DNA from: a virus
Direction: 5' to 3' (one strand)
DNA length: 64,000 bases
Virus record (IMG/VR): IMGVR_UViG_3300000228_000002
Coordinates: 1 to 64,000 of that record
Positions 47,232 through 56,935 of the stretch are shown in pieces. Both the position numbers and the translations under genes were made by a program. Positions within the stretch are counted from its first letter, which is position 1. Each line of letters starts with the position of its first letter. The notes under the pieces are model-generated. The model was not told the origin of the DNA, searched no databases, and saw nothing but the letters and a program-made list of their open reading frames with translations.

Positions 47232-47498
47232 TTAAAGTTGTGCAAGTTGTGCTGCTCTGTCGGCTCGAATCTTATCCCAATACTTATCACTTATAATTCT
47301 ATCATTGGCCTCACCAAATGATGTCCAACTTCCACCTACACGCCAACTTGTTTTGTAGATTGAGCCACATCTGATAGCACTAGTCTTCTCGATCTCTGAT
47401 TTCTCCACACGTGATAGGCACTTATCATAGTAACTTGATGGTGTCTCAATCTCAACCACTAATTCTTCTTTAGCTTTCTTTGTAAATGGCCAAAACAT
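47232..47498 (-). CDS. Hypothetical protein
   Basis: Likely start MFWPFTKK (GAGG RBS). Confidence 0.6.
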   Translation of the reverse strand: MFWPFTKKAKEELVVEIETPSSYYDKCLSRVEKSEIEKTSAIRCGSIYKTSWRVGGSWTSFGEANDRIISDKYWDKIRADRAAQLAQL

Positions 47499-47520
47499 AT
47501 CTACCTCAGTAATAAGGAAA

Positions 47521-47701
47521 TGGGAGTAGGGCCAATAGAGGAACCAACATTTGAACAGGGCCTCTACTGAGAAACACCCGACAAGTGACAAGGGACAAAT
47601 CGGAAAATACCTCGACATTGCAACAAAAAATGCGTGAGGTTACACTTTCCAACCTGTTATTCATCCACTAGGGATGAAAAGTTCCTTCGATCCTACTCCC
47701 A
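47521..47701 (-). ncRNA. Putative multi-branched structured RNA
   Basis: A perfect 10-bp closing stem (TGGGAGTAGG/CCTACTCCCA) encloses four hairpins; the loops carry repeated UUGU/UGUU. Confidence 0.6.
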
Positions 47702-47706
47702 CCCAG

Positions 47707-48273
47707 TTACAACAGACGTTTAGTCTGAAGTAATTTCGTTTTCACTGCATCTAATTTGATTTTGTTGGTAAGGTTCTTCTCGGCAATTTTGTCTTCGATA
47801 GTCTCAATAAGTTTTCTCTTCCCATGAATCTCATCTTCCATCACATCCATGAATTTCTGGTCAAAGACGTTAACTGTGATGTTCGATTTCGTCCCATATA
47901 CACTAGGACTTTTCATGACATCCACAGCCATTTGGAGTTCATCTGCTAGTTCTTTATCGGTTGGAGCACCACCAGTGATGGAGCCATATTCACTGATTTC
48001 TTTTTCGATGAATACTTTCTCATTAAGAAGTGAGTTGATACCTGATGTTTCGTTTTTGGCTTCTATTTGACGACGGATGTCGTATCGAATTTCGATAAGT
48101 TTGACTCTATCGATTAATTCTTTAGCTTTTGCTTGACCAGCATCTGCAAGAACCTTTTTGGCTTCGTCCAGTGTGTCATTAGCCCGAATTTTGACAGTAG
48201 TATCGAATCCTTTATCCAAATGCTTTTGAATATTGGCTTCAAGTTTCCGTGCTTTCTTAAGACTCATTTCCAT
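47707..48273 (-). CDS. Coiled-coil protein (MSLKKARKL-type N-terminus)
   Basis: 188 aa, long helices, GGGAGG RBS; lies directly upstream of the structured RNA. Confidence 0.7.
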   Translation of the reverse strand: MEMSLKKARKLEANIQKHLDKGFDTTVKIRANDTLDEAKKVLADAGQAKAKELIDRVKLIEIRYDIRRQIEAKNETSGINSLLNEKVFIEKEISEYGSITGGAPTDKELADELQMAVDVMKSPSVYGTKSNITVNVFDQKFMDVMEDEIHGKRKLIETIEDKIAEKNLTNKIKLDAVKTKLLQTKRLL

Positions 48274-48314
48274 GCTGGCCTCCCTACTTTTGATTAAGTG
48301 AAGTCTTTTATGGA

Positions 48315-49283
48315 CTAAGTTATGGGCTTGATCTCACCTTCCTTCTTAAGCTGTTTTGCAAGAAGGATAATGTAAGGATTAATAAAGCCTTGCTCGATAT
48401 GGAATGACAGAGTGTTAAGATCGTTAGGGCCTAGGATGTCGTTCAGAATCTCCGTAGGTGTAGGAAATCTACCTTTCTTGGTGATGATCTTGTCGAACAT
48501 CTCGATTCGAACGTGGTGAGTGAATTTATCCCCCAAGCCCACGAACTTGTCGAAGCCATATTCTTTCTCTACGTAGTCAATAACTGTTGCAGATTTTCCA
48601 AGTTTTGGATCTACACACACTGGGTGAATGTCCTTGGCAAACCCTTCATCACTAAGTTTGAGCCAGTCTTGTTCAATAGCCAAAAGAGTCTTCTCAAGTT
48701 CGATCTTATACTCGTTGATCTCAATTGAGGCTGAGGCTTTGGCAATAACGGTCAGAGTCTTCTTCATAGAAGTATTGTACTTTTTGTCCCCCATGATATG
48801 ATCCCATATTTTCCACTCTATTCCTACCAATTCCATATCAACATTGAATGGTTCAACTTCTTCGACCAATGGAACTGTGTTGAAGTAGTTAGACGAGAAC
48901 TCTTCTAATGTGAGGAGTCTATTAGAGTCCAAAATGTAATTAGACGTGGTAAGGTACCAGTTCATACAAAAGGTGTTCTTAAACATACGGAACATCATTG
49001 TCATGAATTGCTGATCGCAGTCTGGGAAGACAGTCTTGATTAGTCTGGCAAGATACTCTTTGAACTCATCGTACCCTACGTAAATCACAATTCTCTCATC
49101 AAACTCCTCAGAATAGCTTACACACTCTTCCACCGTTTGGAGGTCGATAGGTCTTGCCAAATGAGTCTTGATCAGAGAGGTAGATATTTCGTATGAGTCG
49201 GTCTTGAGAACGTAGGAGTGATTCTTCTTAAGAAGTCCTAGCTCAAAGGGTCTCATGTATACGTTCGAAAATAGGTGAATCAT
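48315..49283 (-). CDS. Hypothetical protein, MIHL(F/Y)SNVY family paralogue 1
   Basis: N-terminus MIHLFSNVY; GIEW and NPY motifs shared with paralogue 2. Confidence 0.65.
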   Translation of the reverse strand: MIHLFSNVYMRPFELGLLKKNHSYVLKTDSYEISTSLIKTHLARPIDLQTVEECVSYSEEFDERIVIYVGYDEFKEYLARLIKTVFPDCDQQFMTMMFRMFKNTFCMNWYLTTSNYILDSNRLLTLEEFSSNYFNTVPLVEEVEPFNVDMELVGIEWKIWDHIMGDKKYNTSMKKTLTVIAKASASIEINEYKIELEKTLLAIEQDWLKLSDEGFAKDIHPVCVDPKLGKSATVIDYVEKEYGFDKFVGLGDKFTHHVRIEMFDKIITKKGRFPTPTEILNDILGPNDLNTLSFHIEQGFINPYIILLAKQLKKEGEIKPIT

Positions 49284-49284
49284 G

Positions 49285-50295
49285 TTACCACCTAGTAAAT
49301 GATAAGAGTTCAGGGTTCATAGTTTTTTTAACAAGAGCAGGTAGGAGCTGGTTATAACGAGCACCAGAATCGTAAAGTCTGGTCATGATCTCTAATTTGT
49401 CATCACCTATGATATCTGCATAGATTTCATCAACAGTGTAGTGACCAATTTCCTTAATACGTCTACAAATCGGGGATGAAACGTATCTTTTTCCTGTTAC
49501 TACTTCATCCACTTCCTTGGAAACTTCTACAAGATCGTAACCTAGCTGAGAGTTCTCGGATATCCTTCCCATGATTGGGTATTTTTGAACCATAAGTTCA
49601 TAGAAGTCTGATTTCATATCCCAATCGTTACAGTGAGAAAGTGCCCAAACCGTGTAGATCATACCAATGTGAACGGCTCGATCTTCGATCTTTTCATTAT
49701 ATAGAAATGGAATAAGTTCTTTAAGTCTCTTTTGGTAGTATTGATTACCCAAAATTGCATTCGATACTACGTGTTCATAACCTATTGATCTGTACAGTTC
49801 ATTAGGAAAAGTGAACTTCTTAATATCCATAGTTAGGAACTCTTCCTTTGGAATGTTCCAGTATGTGTCCACTAATGCTGTAGGATCGCATGAGGTGTTG
49901 TTGTCTCCGAAGACTTTAACTCGATCGAACTTGGTGAGCTCAAAGGATCTGTAGAACATGTAGATTTGGAAAAGTGTTTCTTTGCTAGCTTTATTGAACC
50001 CCGAGTACAGCCATCTGATTATGAACCTTCTAAAGTTTGGAGCATCCATGTAAAGGAGAGTTTTGATTTCTCCATTTTGGGATTCCTCATATAGCTTAAG
50101 GAAAGATGCTTCTTCCTGGACACCGTCATTACCAAACAGCTCTTCCATGGTGGTATATCGTCCACGCCACCGAGAATTTGTAGCTGAAATGAAGTTGTTC
50201 TTGCGATCCGGTGCACCGATGATAATGCCATCAGACCAATCGGGTTGCTGGGTTTCGAAATAAGTTAGATAGACGTTAGAATATAGATGAATCAT
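49285..50295 (-). CDS. Hypothetical protein, MIHL(F/Y)SNVY family paralogue 2
   Basis: Likely start MIHLYSNVY at 50295; GYEH and YNQL motifs. Confidence 0.65.
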   Translation of the reverse strand: MIHLYSNVYLTYFETQQPDWSDGIIIGAPDRKNNFISATNSRWRGRYTTMEELFGNDGVQEEASFLKLYEESQNGEIKTLLYMDAPNFRRFIIRWLYSGFNKASKETLFQIYMFYRSFELTKFDRVKVFGDNNTSCDPTALVDTYWNIPKEEFLTMDIKKFTFPNELYRSIGYEHVVSNAILGNQYYQKRLKELIPFLYNEKIEDRAVHIGMIYTVWALSHCNDWDMKSDFYELMVQKYPIMGRISENSQLGYDLVEVSKEVDEVVTGKRYVSSPICRRIKEIGHYTVDEIYADIIGDDKLEIMTRLYDSGARYNQLLPALVKKTMNPELLSFTRW

Positions 50296-50346
50296 ATAGT
50301 ATTTGTTCCTAGTTCTAAAACTAACTGTGATAATCCAAGGATTTTT

Positions 50347-50916
50347 ATGTTCAAGCATCTAACCAAAGATGGTATAGCGCAGTACGACAACCTTTTGAGT
50401 GCAGAAGAATGTCTTGAATTGATGACATTACAGAACAAGACTGGGCATCAGCATAATAGCTATGATAACACCCGAGAATACGATGTAGACGTTCCTCAAC
50501 ATTACACTGATCGCTTTACCAAAGTCTTTCGTGAGTACTTAAAGCACTACAACATCCTAGATATTTATCAGTACACCGGATCCAAGATGCAGTACACCAA
50601 CGGCGATATCCATGTACATTGCGACCTGGAACAGTACCACGATCAGCCACTACTTAGACATTTCTCGATCCTTATCTACCTGAATGGAGATGATATCGAA
50701 GGTGGTGAGTTAATCCTACCTAGACAAAAAGTCATAATTAAGCCGAAAACTGGCCAACTTATAATTTTTCCTATCGGTGTATTCTATCCACATATGGTTA
50801 ATGTCTGTTACACTGATGTCAAACGATGGGCCTTAAGACCATTTTGGTTGTTAGACCCTTACTCCCCACTATATTTGGATGCTCACTATAGATCATTCGT
50901 TGAGGAAGATAAATGA
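50347..50916 (+). CDS. 2OG-Fe(II) oxygenase (prolyl-4-hydroxylase-like)
   Basis: HCD...ILIYLN..DIEGGEL...KPKTGQLIIFP...YPH.V...R; likely start at 50347. Confidence 0.85.
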   Translation: MFKHLTKDGIAQYDNLLSAEECLELMTLQNKTGHQHNSYDNTREYDVDVPQHYTDRFTKVFREYLKHYNILDIYQYTGSKMQYTNGDIHVHCDLEQYHDQPLLRHFSILIYLNGDDIEGGELILPRQKVIIKPKTGQLIIFPIGVFYPHMVNVCYTDVKRWALRPFWLLDPYSPLYLDAHYRSFVEEDK

Positions 50917-51851
50917 AAAATTGCCAGGAACTATTCTCTAAAGGTTATGCAGAAGTTGATAGCCTAGAAGAGTGGGAAAATTCTGAAACGTATTGTTATG
51001 TATCATCGATATATAACAAACTGATCAAGAGAGACAAGACAAGCCCTAACTTTATCAATGTGTACGAGAGAAATGGCAAGCTTCTAATCGTGGATAACGT
51101 CTTCTATGATCGCTTCCCTTTACTGACTCCCATTGCATCTTATGTACCAGAGACTCTAGACTATGACACGGATAAGTGGGAGAAAGGCTCCCGTTTGCCT
51201 TTTGCTGTGACTCTGGATAAATACGGGTACTTCGTATCCTATCAGGATAGCGAATTCAAGGACGATCACCCTGATGAGATGTTCCACCTGGGGATCGACA
51301 AGAGACCTGGGGGCCGGGGCCAAAAGATCGGATACTCCCTGGACTACCTTATCGCTCGCAGCCCAGACTTCGAAAAATTTATACACCCGAGGGTCAACTC
51401 GATCCTCATGAAGGGGTATAATAACATGATCGAACTGGCTCACGATAACTTCTCCCTAACCAGATGTACCAACTTCAATCCTTCCTATCAGAAGATGGTT
51501 AAGGGTTATAGGATGGACAGGCACATTGATACCAATGCTGGGGATGCCTTCACTGTGACCTATATCAGTTACCAGATGGATCAGGCACAGAGGATCGAGG
51601 GTCGAGAGATCCTATTCGGCAAGAGATCTGAGAAAGATCTAAACCGTTGGATCGACGACCAAAACCGTAGTGACATCTTACCGGACGATGACATCTCAAG
51701 CCCTGAGATGTTCGAGGATTATGCATGGATCAAACCTAGACACGGTCTGACATTATACGTCAATAGCTGGAATCCAATCTTCTATCATGGAATTAACAAA
51801 TTGGAAAGCGACTCTAAGGTGTACACAGTAATCAACAACTTCAAGTGGTAA
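50913..51851 (+). CDS. 2OG-Fe(II) oxygenase-like protein
   Basis: MDRHID...EGREI...FYHGI (HxD...H). Confidence 0.65.
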   Translation: MKNCQELFSKGYAEVDSLEEWENSETYCYVSSIYNKLIKRDKTSPNFINVYERNGKLLIVDNVFYDRFPLLTPIASYVPETLDYDTDKWEKGSRLPFAVTLDKYGYFVSYQDSEFKDDHPDEMFHLGIDKRPGGRGQKIGYSLDYLIARSPDFEKFIHPRVNSILMKGYNNMIELAHDNFSLTRCTNFNPSYQKMVKGYRMDRHIDTNAGDAFTVTYISYQMDQAQRIEGREILFGKRSEKDLNRWIDDQNRSDILPDDDISSPEMFEDYAWIKPRHGLTLYVNSWNPIFYHGINKLESDSKVYTVINNFKW

Positions 51852-52353
51852 CTAGATCAGGTGTGTCTCTACTGCGATAGTGAACTCTGATGGGTAGTCT
51901 CTTGTGAGCTTTGCCTTACCATCGATCTTCGATTCCCATACTCCACAATTCTCTGGAAGAGCATAAATATGAAGTTCGGGTTTATCCATTAGGAAACAGT
52001 CGAGCTTCAACTCATAATTTCTGTAGCCATCAGTATACAAATCAATCCCGCCCAAGTTCCTAAATGCTCAAACTGCATGTTAGTGGGCTTTTTCGGTTCG
52101 AACCTTTTTCCAAGATTCGGACAAGAGATAATGTCGGTCCAACAAATGAAAGGGATTACCAATTTGGCAATATCTTGATTTCTTTCTCTTTTGAATTCGT
52201 ACTTCAGATTATGTAGATATTCTGCTGTGAAGCCAGTACCTGGAACTTTGAATTTACTAAGGCTATTGAAGAACATATCTCTGCAAAAATCATAGGCGAT
52301 TGTTTGCTCTTCAGAAATGCTTCCGAGATTGCTTCTCTCTGTACCTGATCCAT
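51852..52353 (-). pseudogene. Frameshifted gene, possibly a major-capsid-like paralogue fragment
   Basis: ORFs 52007-52276 and 51852-52055 join with a one-base shift at TTGGGCGGG, giving WTDII...FEP...HLGTW/GGIDLYTDGYR..LK...YALPENCG. Confidence 0.4.
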
Positions 52354-52355
52354 AT

Positions 52356-53819
52356 TTACTCCTCGACGATGATTATGTTTTCCTTTTTTACATTCTTGCC
52401 GGGAATTATAATAGATCCAACTTCAGTTGAGTTATATGCAAGACCAGTGGTAACCAATTCTTCTAACTCTCCCATCTTGCTATCTTCACCGAGTTCGTGC
52501 TTGATTTTAGCTAGCCTTTGGTGATTGTCTGCCAGGTACTTTGACACTATCCAAGCCCTGCCTTCGAATTCGAGCATTCTTAGCTTGCCTTCAAATTTAT
52601 CTGCAACACTTTTGTCAGATGTCCAGAATGAGTCATGGTTTTCTTCATCATGCTCAGATTTGCGATACACCGTACCTTGGTAATCTTCCAACATCCCTTC
52701 TGTCAGAAACCCCGTGAAGTTATCTGCCACAGCATATAAAAATGCCAAGTCTTTCTCTGTCACTCCGTAGCCCAACCACTTTGGTGGCCAGTCCGTGCCC
52801 TCGGCAGTAGCTAGTCTATCCTCTGTAAGTATGAAACCTCCACCTCTGGGCTCCCACCCCAAATCCTTGAACAATTTTCTCGAAATGTTGGTGATTGGTA
52901 CTGCTAGAAGGAACTCGTAGTCTTTATTTTTCGCTTTTTCTACCAGCATGTTTACTAGAGTCTTACCAATTCCTTTCTGATGATATTCTGGATCTACAAC
53001 GATTGATATCTCACCACCACCAGACTCACATGCTATCATGCCAATTGGTTTCCTACCATCAAGTGCAATAAACTCGTAATTCTGGTCGAACATTTCCATG
53101 TAGCTCTGTTCGATCAGGCTATCAAGATCATTAAGAATGTCCTCATCCCCTCTTTTCAGAGTTGATGCATCTTTGTAAGTTATCGTACTAGAAGCCACTA
53201 GATACCGATCAAAGTAGTCTTCCGGAGCTTCATCCATCATTTGTTCAAAGAGCTTAAGGTCCCGTTCGTCCTTCTTAGAAAGAAGTTCTATGATTCTTTC
53301 GTCCACCTCTTCAGGTTGATAATCTCTTTGAGCATCACGTGATCGATACTGATTCTCTTTAATCTCTAAGGCTTGCTTGAGATTTAACTTGCTCCCACCT
53401 TTAGATCCACTCTCCGATAATTCCTCTTTTGGTCGTCCAACTATAGCCCAAGCATCGTAAATGTTGTTCTCCAGGAGGCCAGAGGTTCTATGTGTTCCAT
53501 CCCAAACGTACCCCTTACCATCCTTCTCTATGATTACCAATGGGTCGTTTTTCTGGCTAAGTTCGTCGAGTGGGTACTCTTCCATGAAATACATGAGTCT
53601 TTCGTCGGCATCTTCTTCACCGAATTGACTAAGCCACGATTTGTATTCTGATTCAAGAAACTTGCGAAGATCCACTTTAAGATTTGGCAGGTCGTATTTT
53701 TCAAATGTGAAATCGTACTTGTCCACGTCTGCAGAGCTCTCATCAGTGGTCCATTGAGATTCGTATTCTCTGGCAATCTCTCTCATTTCATCTGAATTGT
53801 ATTGTGCTACTGACTTCAT
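52356..53819 (-). CDS. Modular polyprotein: ParB-like + GNAT + ART-like modules
   Basis: PLVII...VWDGTHR; VVDPEYHQKGIGKTL; TVYRKS...SFWTSDKSVA. Linkers SVA|Q, SSA|D, LVA|S and ATA|E. Confidence 0.75.
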   Translation of the reverse strand: MKSVAQYNSDEMREIAREYESQWTTDESSADVDKYDFTFEKYDLPNLKVDLRKFLESEYKSWLSQFGEEDADERLMYFMEEYPLDELSQKNDPLVIIEKDGKGYVWDGTHRTSGLLENNIYDAWAIVGRPKEELSESGSKGGSKLNLKQALEIKENQYRSRDAQRDYQPEEVDERIIELLSKKDERDLKLFEQMMDEAPEDYFDRYLVASSTITYKDASTLKRGDEDILNDLDSLIEQSYMEMFDQNYEFIALDGRKPIGMIACESGGGEISIVVDPEYHQKGIGKTLVNMLVEKAKNKDYEFLLAVPITNISRKLFKDLGWEPRGGGFILTEDRLATAEGTDWPPKWLGYGVTEKDLAFLYAVADNFTGFLTEGMLEDYQGTVYRKSEHDEENHDSFWTSDKSVADKFEGKLRMLEFEGRAWIVSKYLADNHQRLAKIKHELGEDSKMGELEELVTTGLAYNSTEVGSIIIPGKNVKKENIIIVEE

Positions 53820-53863
53820 CCCTAAACTCCCGTATTTACCAGAAAATTAATGGCAAATACGAA

Positions 53864-53899
53864 TTCGCCCCGTGAGAGGTTTAATTCCTACGGGGCGAA
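53864..53899 (-). terminator. Strong hairpin after ORF 53927
   Basis: TTCGCCCCGT...ACGGGGCGAA, 10-bp inverted repeat. Confidence 0.65.
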
Positions 53900-53926
53900 C
53901 TCTATCTTATAGTAAATGTATATATC

Positions 53927-54796
53927 TTATTTACCAGAAGCCATTTTTGCAATCATATCTGGGATCTTACTTCCCTGGTTTTGAACTGATGCTGCTTTAG
54001 CCATGCCACGGGCAAGTTCTGCCTGTTCTTCTGCTGATTCAGGATCGTCATCACCAAGATCGAAAGCCTCTTCTTTCTTAGTCTTTCTGCTAGCAAGAGA
54101 ACGAGCTAGTGCACTTGGTTTAGCAGTTACAGTAGCCGCTTTCTTACCTAAGTCACCTGATCTGTCGAAAAGCTTAGCCTCAACCCATTTCTGAGTATCG
54201 CCATCTTTCACCATACGCTTGATGAAGTGAAGATCAACTTCTGTGAATCCTTCACCATGACGCTTACACTCAGCAAGGAATTGCTTAGCAGTAGTTACAC
54301 CAGCATCAAGCTCATCGACTTTAGCTCTTACACGTGGAGAAATAGACTCAGAAGTAACAGCCTCTTCGATGTCAGCAGTTAAAGCTGCTGCAGATGAGAA
54401 TGTCTTCTTAGTGGCAGTTTCAAGAGAAACACCACGTGCTGCTGCAGAGTGCTGAGAAAGAACGATAGCATCATATTCTTCTTTAGCTTCTTCCGACTTA
54501 AGGAATTCTTCTGCTTGGTCAGAGTCAACAAGAGAGACAATTCTCTTTCTCAGAAGATCTTTGAAATCTGGTGAAGAAAGAAGGATATCTTCAGGGATTG
54601 AGTCTGTGATACAGAGTGGGATGAAAGTATCAGGAACTTCAAAGTGACGCTTACGTGAACCGTCGATGAAGTTGATGATAATAGTACCACGTGTACCAGA
54701 ATCAAAGAGTGAAGTATTCAATACGAAGACTGGTCGTCTTGAACGTACCATCTCTGAAAGTTTACTTGGTTCGTAGGTTTTCCACTTAATGCTCAT
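53927..54796 (-). CDS. Hypothetical protein (likely abundant)
   Basis: 289 aa; AGGAGG RBS; own terminator. Confidence 0.7.
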   Translation of the reverse strand: MSIKWKTYEPSKLSEMVRSRRPVFVLNTSLFDSGTRGTIIINFIDGSRKRHFEVPDTFIPLCITDSIPEDILLSSPDFKDLLRKRIVSLVDSDQAEEFLKSEEAKEEYDAIVLSQHSAAARGVSLETATKKTFSSAAALTADIEEAVTSESISPRVRAKVDELDAGVTTAKQFLAECKRHGEGFTEVDLHFIKRMVKDGDTQKWVEAKLFDRSGDLGKKAATVTAKPSALARSLASRKTKKEEAFDLGDDDPESAEEQAELARGMAKAASVQNQGSKIPDMIAKMASGK

Positions 54797-54935
54797 TTGA
54801 CCCTCCTAGGGTTCTGTTGACTAGACTGTTTCTCTAGACTGTTGTATGGAGAGATTAATAGGGTTTGGGTGAGTTATATTTTAGGTATTTTCCGACAATA
54901 TTAATTCTTCTAAAGACCTAAAATCGGGGATCAAC

Positions 54936-55109
54936 ATGGTGAAAGTAGGATATTATTACAAAGGCCCGATGTACTTGTACATGGTGGAAGAAATCATCAC
55001 ATTCAAGACAGTAGAACCTACTGTTATTGCAAGAATAGTTGGACAGTCCTCACTCTGGGAAGTAAAAATGAGTGAATTTATGAGTAACACATACTATCAC
55101 AATCCGTAA
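54936..55109 (+). CDS. DUF1653-like small protein (57 aa)
   Basis: MVKVGYYYKG..Y.V...PTVI...LWEVKMSEF; not in the ORF track. Confidence 0.5.
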   Translation: MVKVGYYYKGPMYLYMVEEIITFKTVEPTVIARIVGQSSLWEVKMSEFMSNTYYHNP

Positions 55110-55118
55110 GGAAAACAC

Positions 55119-55331
55119 ATGAGTTTCGAAGGTCGATATCAAAAAATTTGCGAGTATGGTCACTATACCGAAGAATGTGTCTACATGGAATCAGGAAAAT
55201 GTGAGATATGTGGTAGTAAGTGGATAAGAAAAAACCTCGTCGATGATACCAATGAACCTGGTGAAGGGTTTGATCATGGTATGAAAGACGAGGCTCGTAA
55301 GATTAAGAAAAAATCGGGTATCCTGACTTAA
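55119..55331 (+). CDS. Small zinc-finger protein
   Basis: MSFEGRYQKICEYGH...CEICG...NLVDDTN. Confidence 0.65.
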   Translation: MSFEGRYQKICEYGHYTEECVYMESGKCEICGSKWIRKNLVDDTNEPGEGFDHGMKDEARKIKKKSGILT

Positions 55332-55888
55332 GACTCGAAGTACTCTTCCACTTCTTTAAGAAGCTCTTCAGAAGTCACTTTGCCCTTGTACACCACCATA
55401 ATAGTCTCTTCCGAGTATACAACGGTAGAAATATGTGCTGTAGGATTTTTCTGTCCAAGTTCGAAAATCTTCTGCACTTCGTGATATTCAAGCTCTGAAC
55501 TAAGTGTTGCAGTGTAAAGGATCTCGAAGTCCGCAGAAGACTCAGATACATCGCCTCCCATATAAGAAACGATCTCATCAGCCACTTCATCCGTAAATTC
55601 TGGATTTTCGTATGCATGATAAGCTAGCAAATATGGTAAATCGCTCTTGTCTTTTGGATAATTTCCAACACCAGCTGGTCTTTCTGGCCCATAAGTGAAG
55701 AGTTTATGCTTGAGTGTAGATTCTTCCCAAGCAGCCCAGTCATCTTCGTCATCCTGACTTGGCTCTCCGATGTACATGAGGTCTTCTGCAAACTTGTTAT
55801 AGAAATGTTCGAAGGTTTTCCCGTCTAAAACACCTTCAGGTGCAAGGGTATCGTCTAGTAATTGTAGTAGGTCTTTGTCGTAGTCCAT
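55328..55888 (-). CDS. Two-module acidic protein (ESSA|D linker)
   Basis: Very acidic; the second module resembles the frameshifted tail at 13068-13283. Confidence 0.65.
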   Translation of the reverse strand: MDYDKDLLQLLDDTLAPEGVLDGKTFEHFYNKFAEDLMYIGEPSQDDEDDWAAWEESTLKHKLFTYGPERPAGVGNYPKDKSDLPYLLAYHAYENPEFTDEVADEIVSYMGGDVSESSADFEILYTATLSSELEYHEVQKIFELGQKNPTAHISTVVYSEETIMVVYKGKVTSEELLKEVEEYFES

Positions 55889-55891
55889 TAT

Positions 55892-56074
55892 TTATTCCTT
55901 TTCAGCTTCTTCTAGTAATAATCTAAGTGCCCCACCTAATTCATGATCCTTCACGTCATCGGGTTTCCTGAATCTGGTGTAGAATCCCCTAAATACCGGA
56001 ACATTCGACGGAGCACACTTATCGCATAGCCAATAAGAAAGTTCATACATTTTTCGAAGAATCCAGTATTTCAT
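55892..56074 (-). CDS. Small hypothetical protein
   Basis: Coupled ORF in an operon. Confidence 0.5.
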   Translation of the reverse strand: MKYWILRKMYELSYWLCDKCAPSNVPVFRGFYTRFRKPDDVKDHELGGALRLLLEEAEKE

Positions 56075-56331
56075 TTCTTATTTGCCTTGTTGATGTCTTC
56101 GCAGTACGAGGTAAAGACAGATGCCAAATCGTTGAGCATTTTGGCTTCCAGTTCCATATCCTTCACTCTCTTCTGAATGTCGGATAAAGTTTTCTCCTGT
56201 TCCTCTTTAGTGTGAAAGGATACCTTAATTCTCTTTTGAGCTATTTTGGCTAGTTCTTTGGTATGATCATTCAACGTGGATTGAACACCCTCCAAACCAA
56301 TAGTAGCTTTTGATACCGGATCGAATCCCAT
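56071..56331 (-). CDS. Small coiled-coil protein (paralogue of 56936)
   Basis: GLEGVQSTLN. Confidence 0.6.
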   Translation of the reverse strand: MGFDPVSKATIGLEGVQSTLNDHTKELAKIAQKRIKVSFHTKEEQEKTLSDIQKRVKDMELEAKMLNDLASVFTSYCEDINKANKK

Positions 56332-56333
56332 AA

Positions 56334-56579
56334 CTATTCCTTACCCTTTACTCTTTTCATTCTTTCTTCAAATTTTGCTTTGAATTCTGGTGTGTTAGCT
56401 GCATCTTTAAGTCTCTTATCCAGTTCTTCCACGTAGTTCTCGAACTCGTTGGCTCCTGCAATATGACCCAATTCTCGTTCAGCAATAGCCATTTTCTTGG
56501 CAGTTTTCTTTAATTGTGGTATTAGACTGGCAAAGACGCAAGCATCTCTTTCAGTGATTATCATTGTTGGGTCTTTCAT
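56334..56579 (-). CDS. Small helical protein
   Basis: AGGAG RBS. Confidence 0.6.
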   Translation of the reverse strand: MKDPTMIITERDACVFASLIPQLKKTAKKMAIAERELGHIAGANEFENYVEELDKRLKDAANTPEFKAKFEERMKRVKGKE

Positions 56580-56586
56580 GTTTCTC

Positions 56587-56925
56587 CTATTTAAGTGCTG
56601 TAAGATATTCGGCTAGTTTCAAATAGCTGTAAGCATGAACCATGTCTTCTGCCTTTGTGACTTGATCTTCAGTGACTATTTTTCTTACCTTCGTTTCAGA
56701 CCAGTCAACATTTAAGACTCTCTTTCTCCAACCGACCACAATGTGTCCGATTTCTGTGATAAATAGGTACCAAGGGGTTGAAACGTCGTATTTGGTAGGG
56801 CAATCACCCCAATATTGATTTACTAGTTCATAGACTTTGGTGTACTTTATGCCGCTGATCTTCATAGCAGATTCAATAGCTTCTCTTTCCTCTTTAACCA
56901 TCTTCTCTTTCTCATATCTGTCCAT
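56587..56925 (-). CDS. Phage hypothetical protein
   Basis: PW...T..G.I..GWRKRV..VDW motif. Confidence 0.65.
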   Translation of the reverse strand: MDRYEKEKMVKEEREAIESAMKISGIKYTKVYELVNQYWGDCPTKYDVSTPWYLFITEIGHIVVGWRKRVLNVDWSETKVRKIVTEDQVTKAEDMVHAYSYLKLAEYLTALK

Positions 56926-56935
56926 TTTTTTTCTC

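Noticed and set aside
47499-47618. N-terminal extension of ORF 47232 in the ORF track
   Set aside because: It runs through the structured RNA; a better RBS and start lie at 47498.
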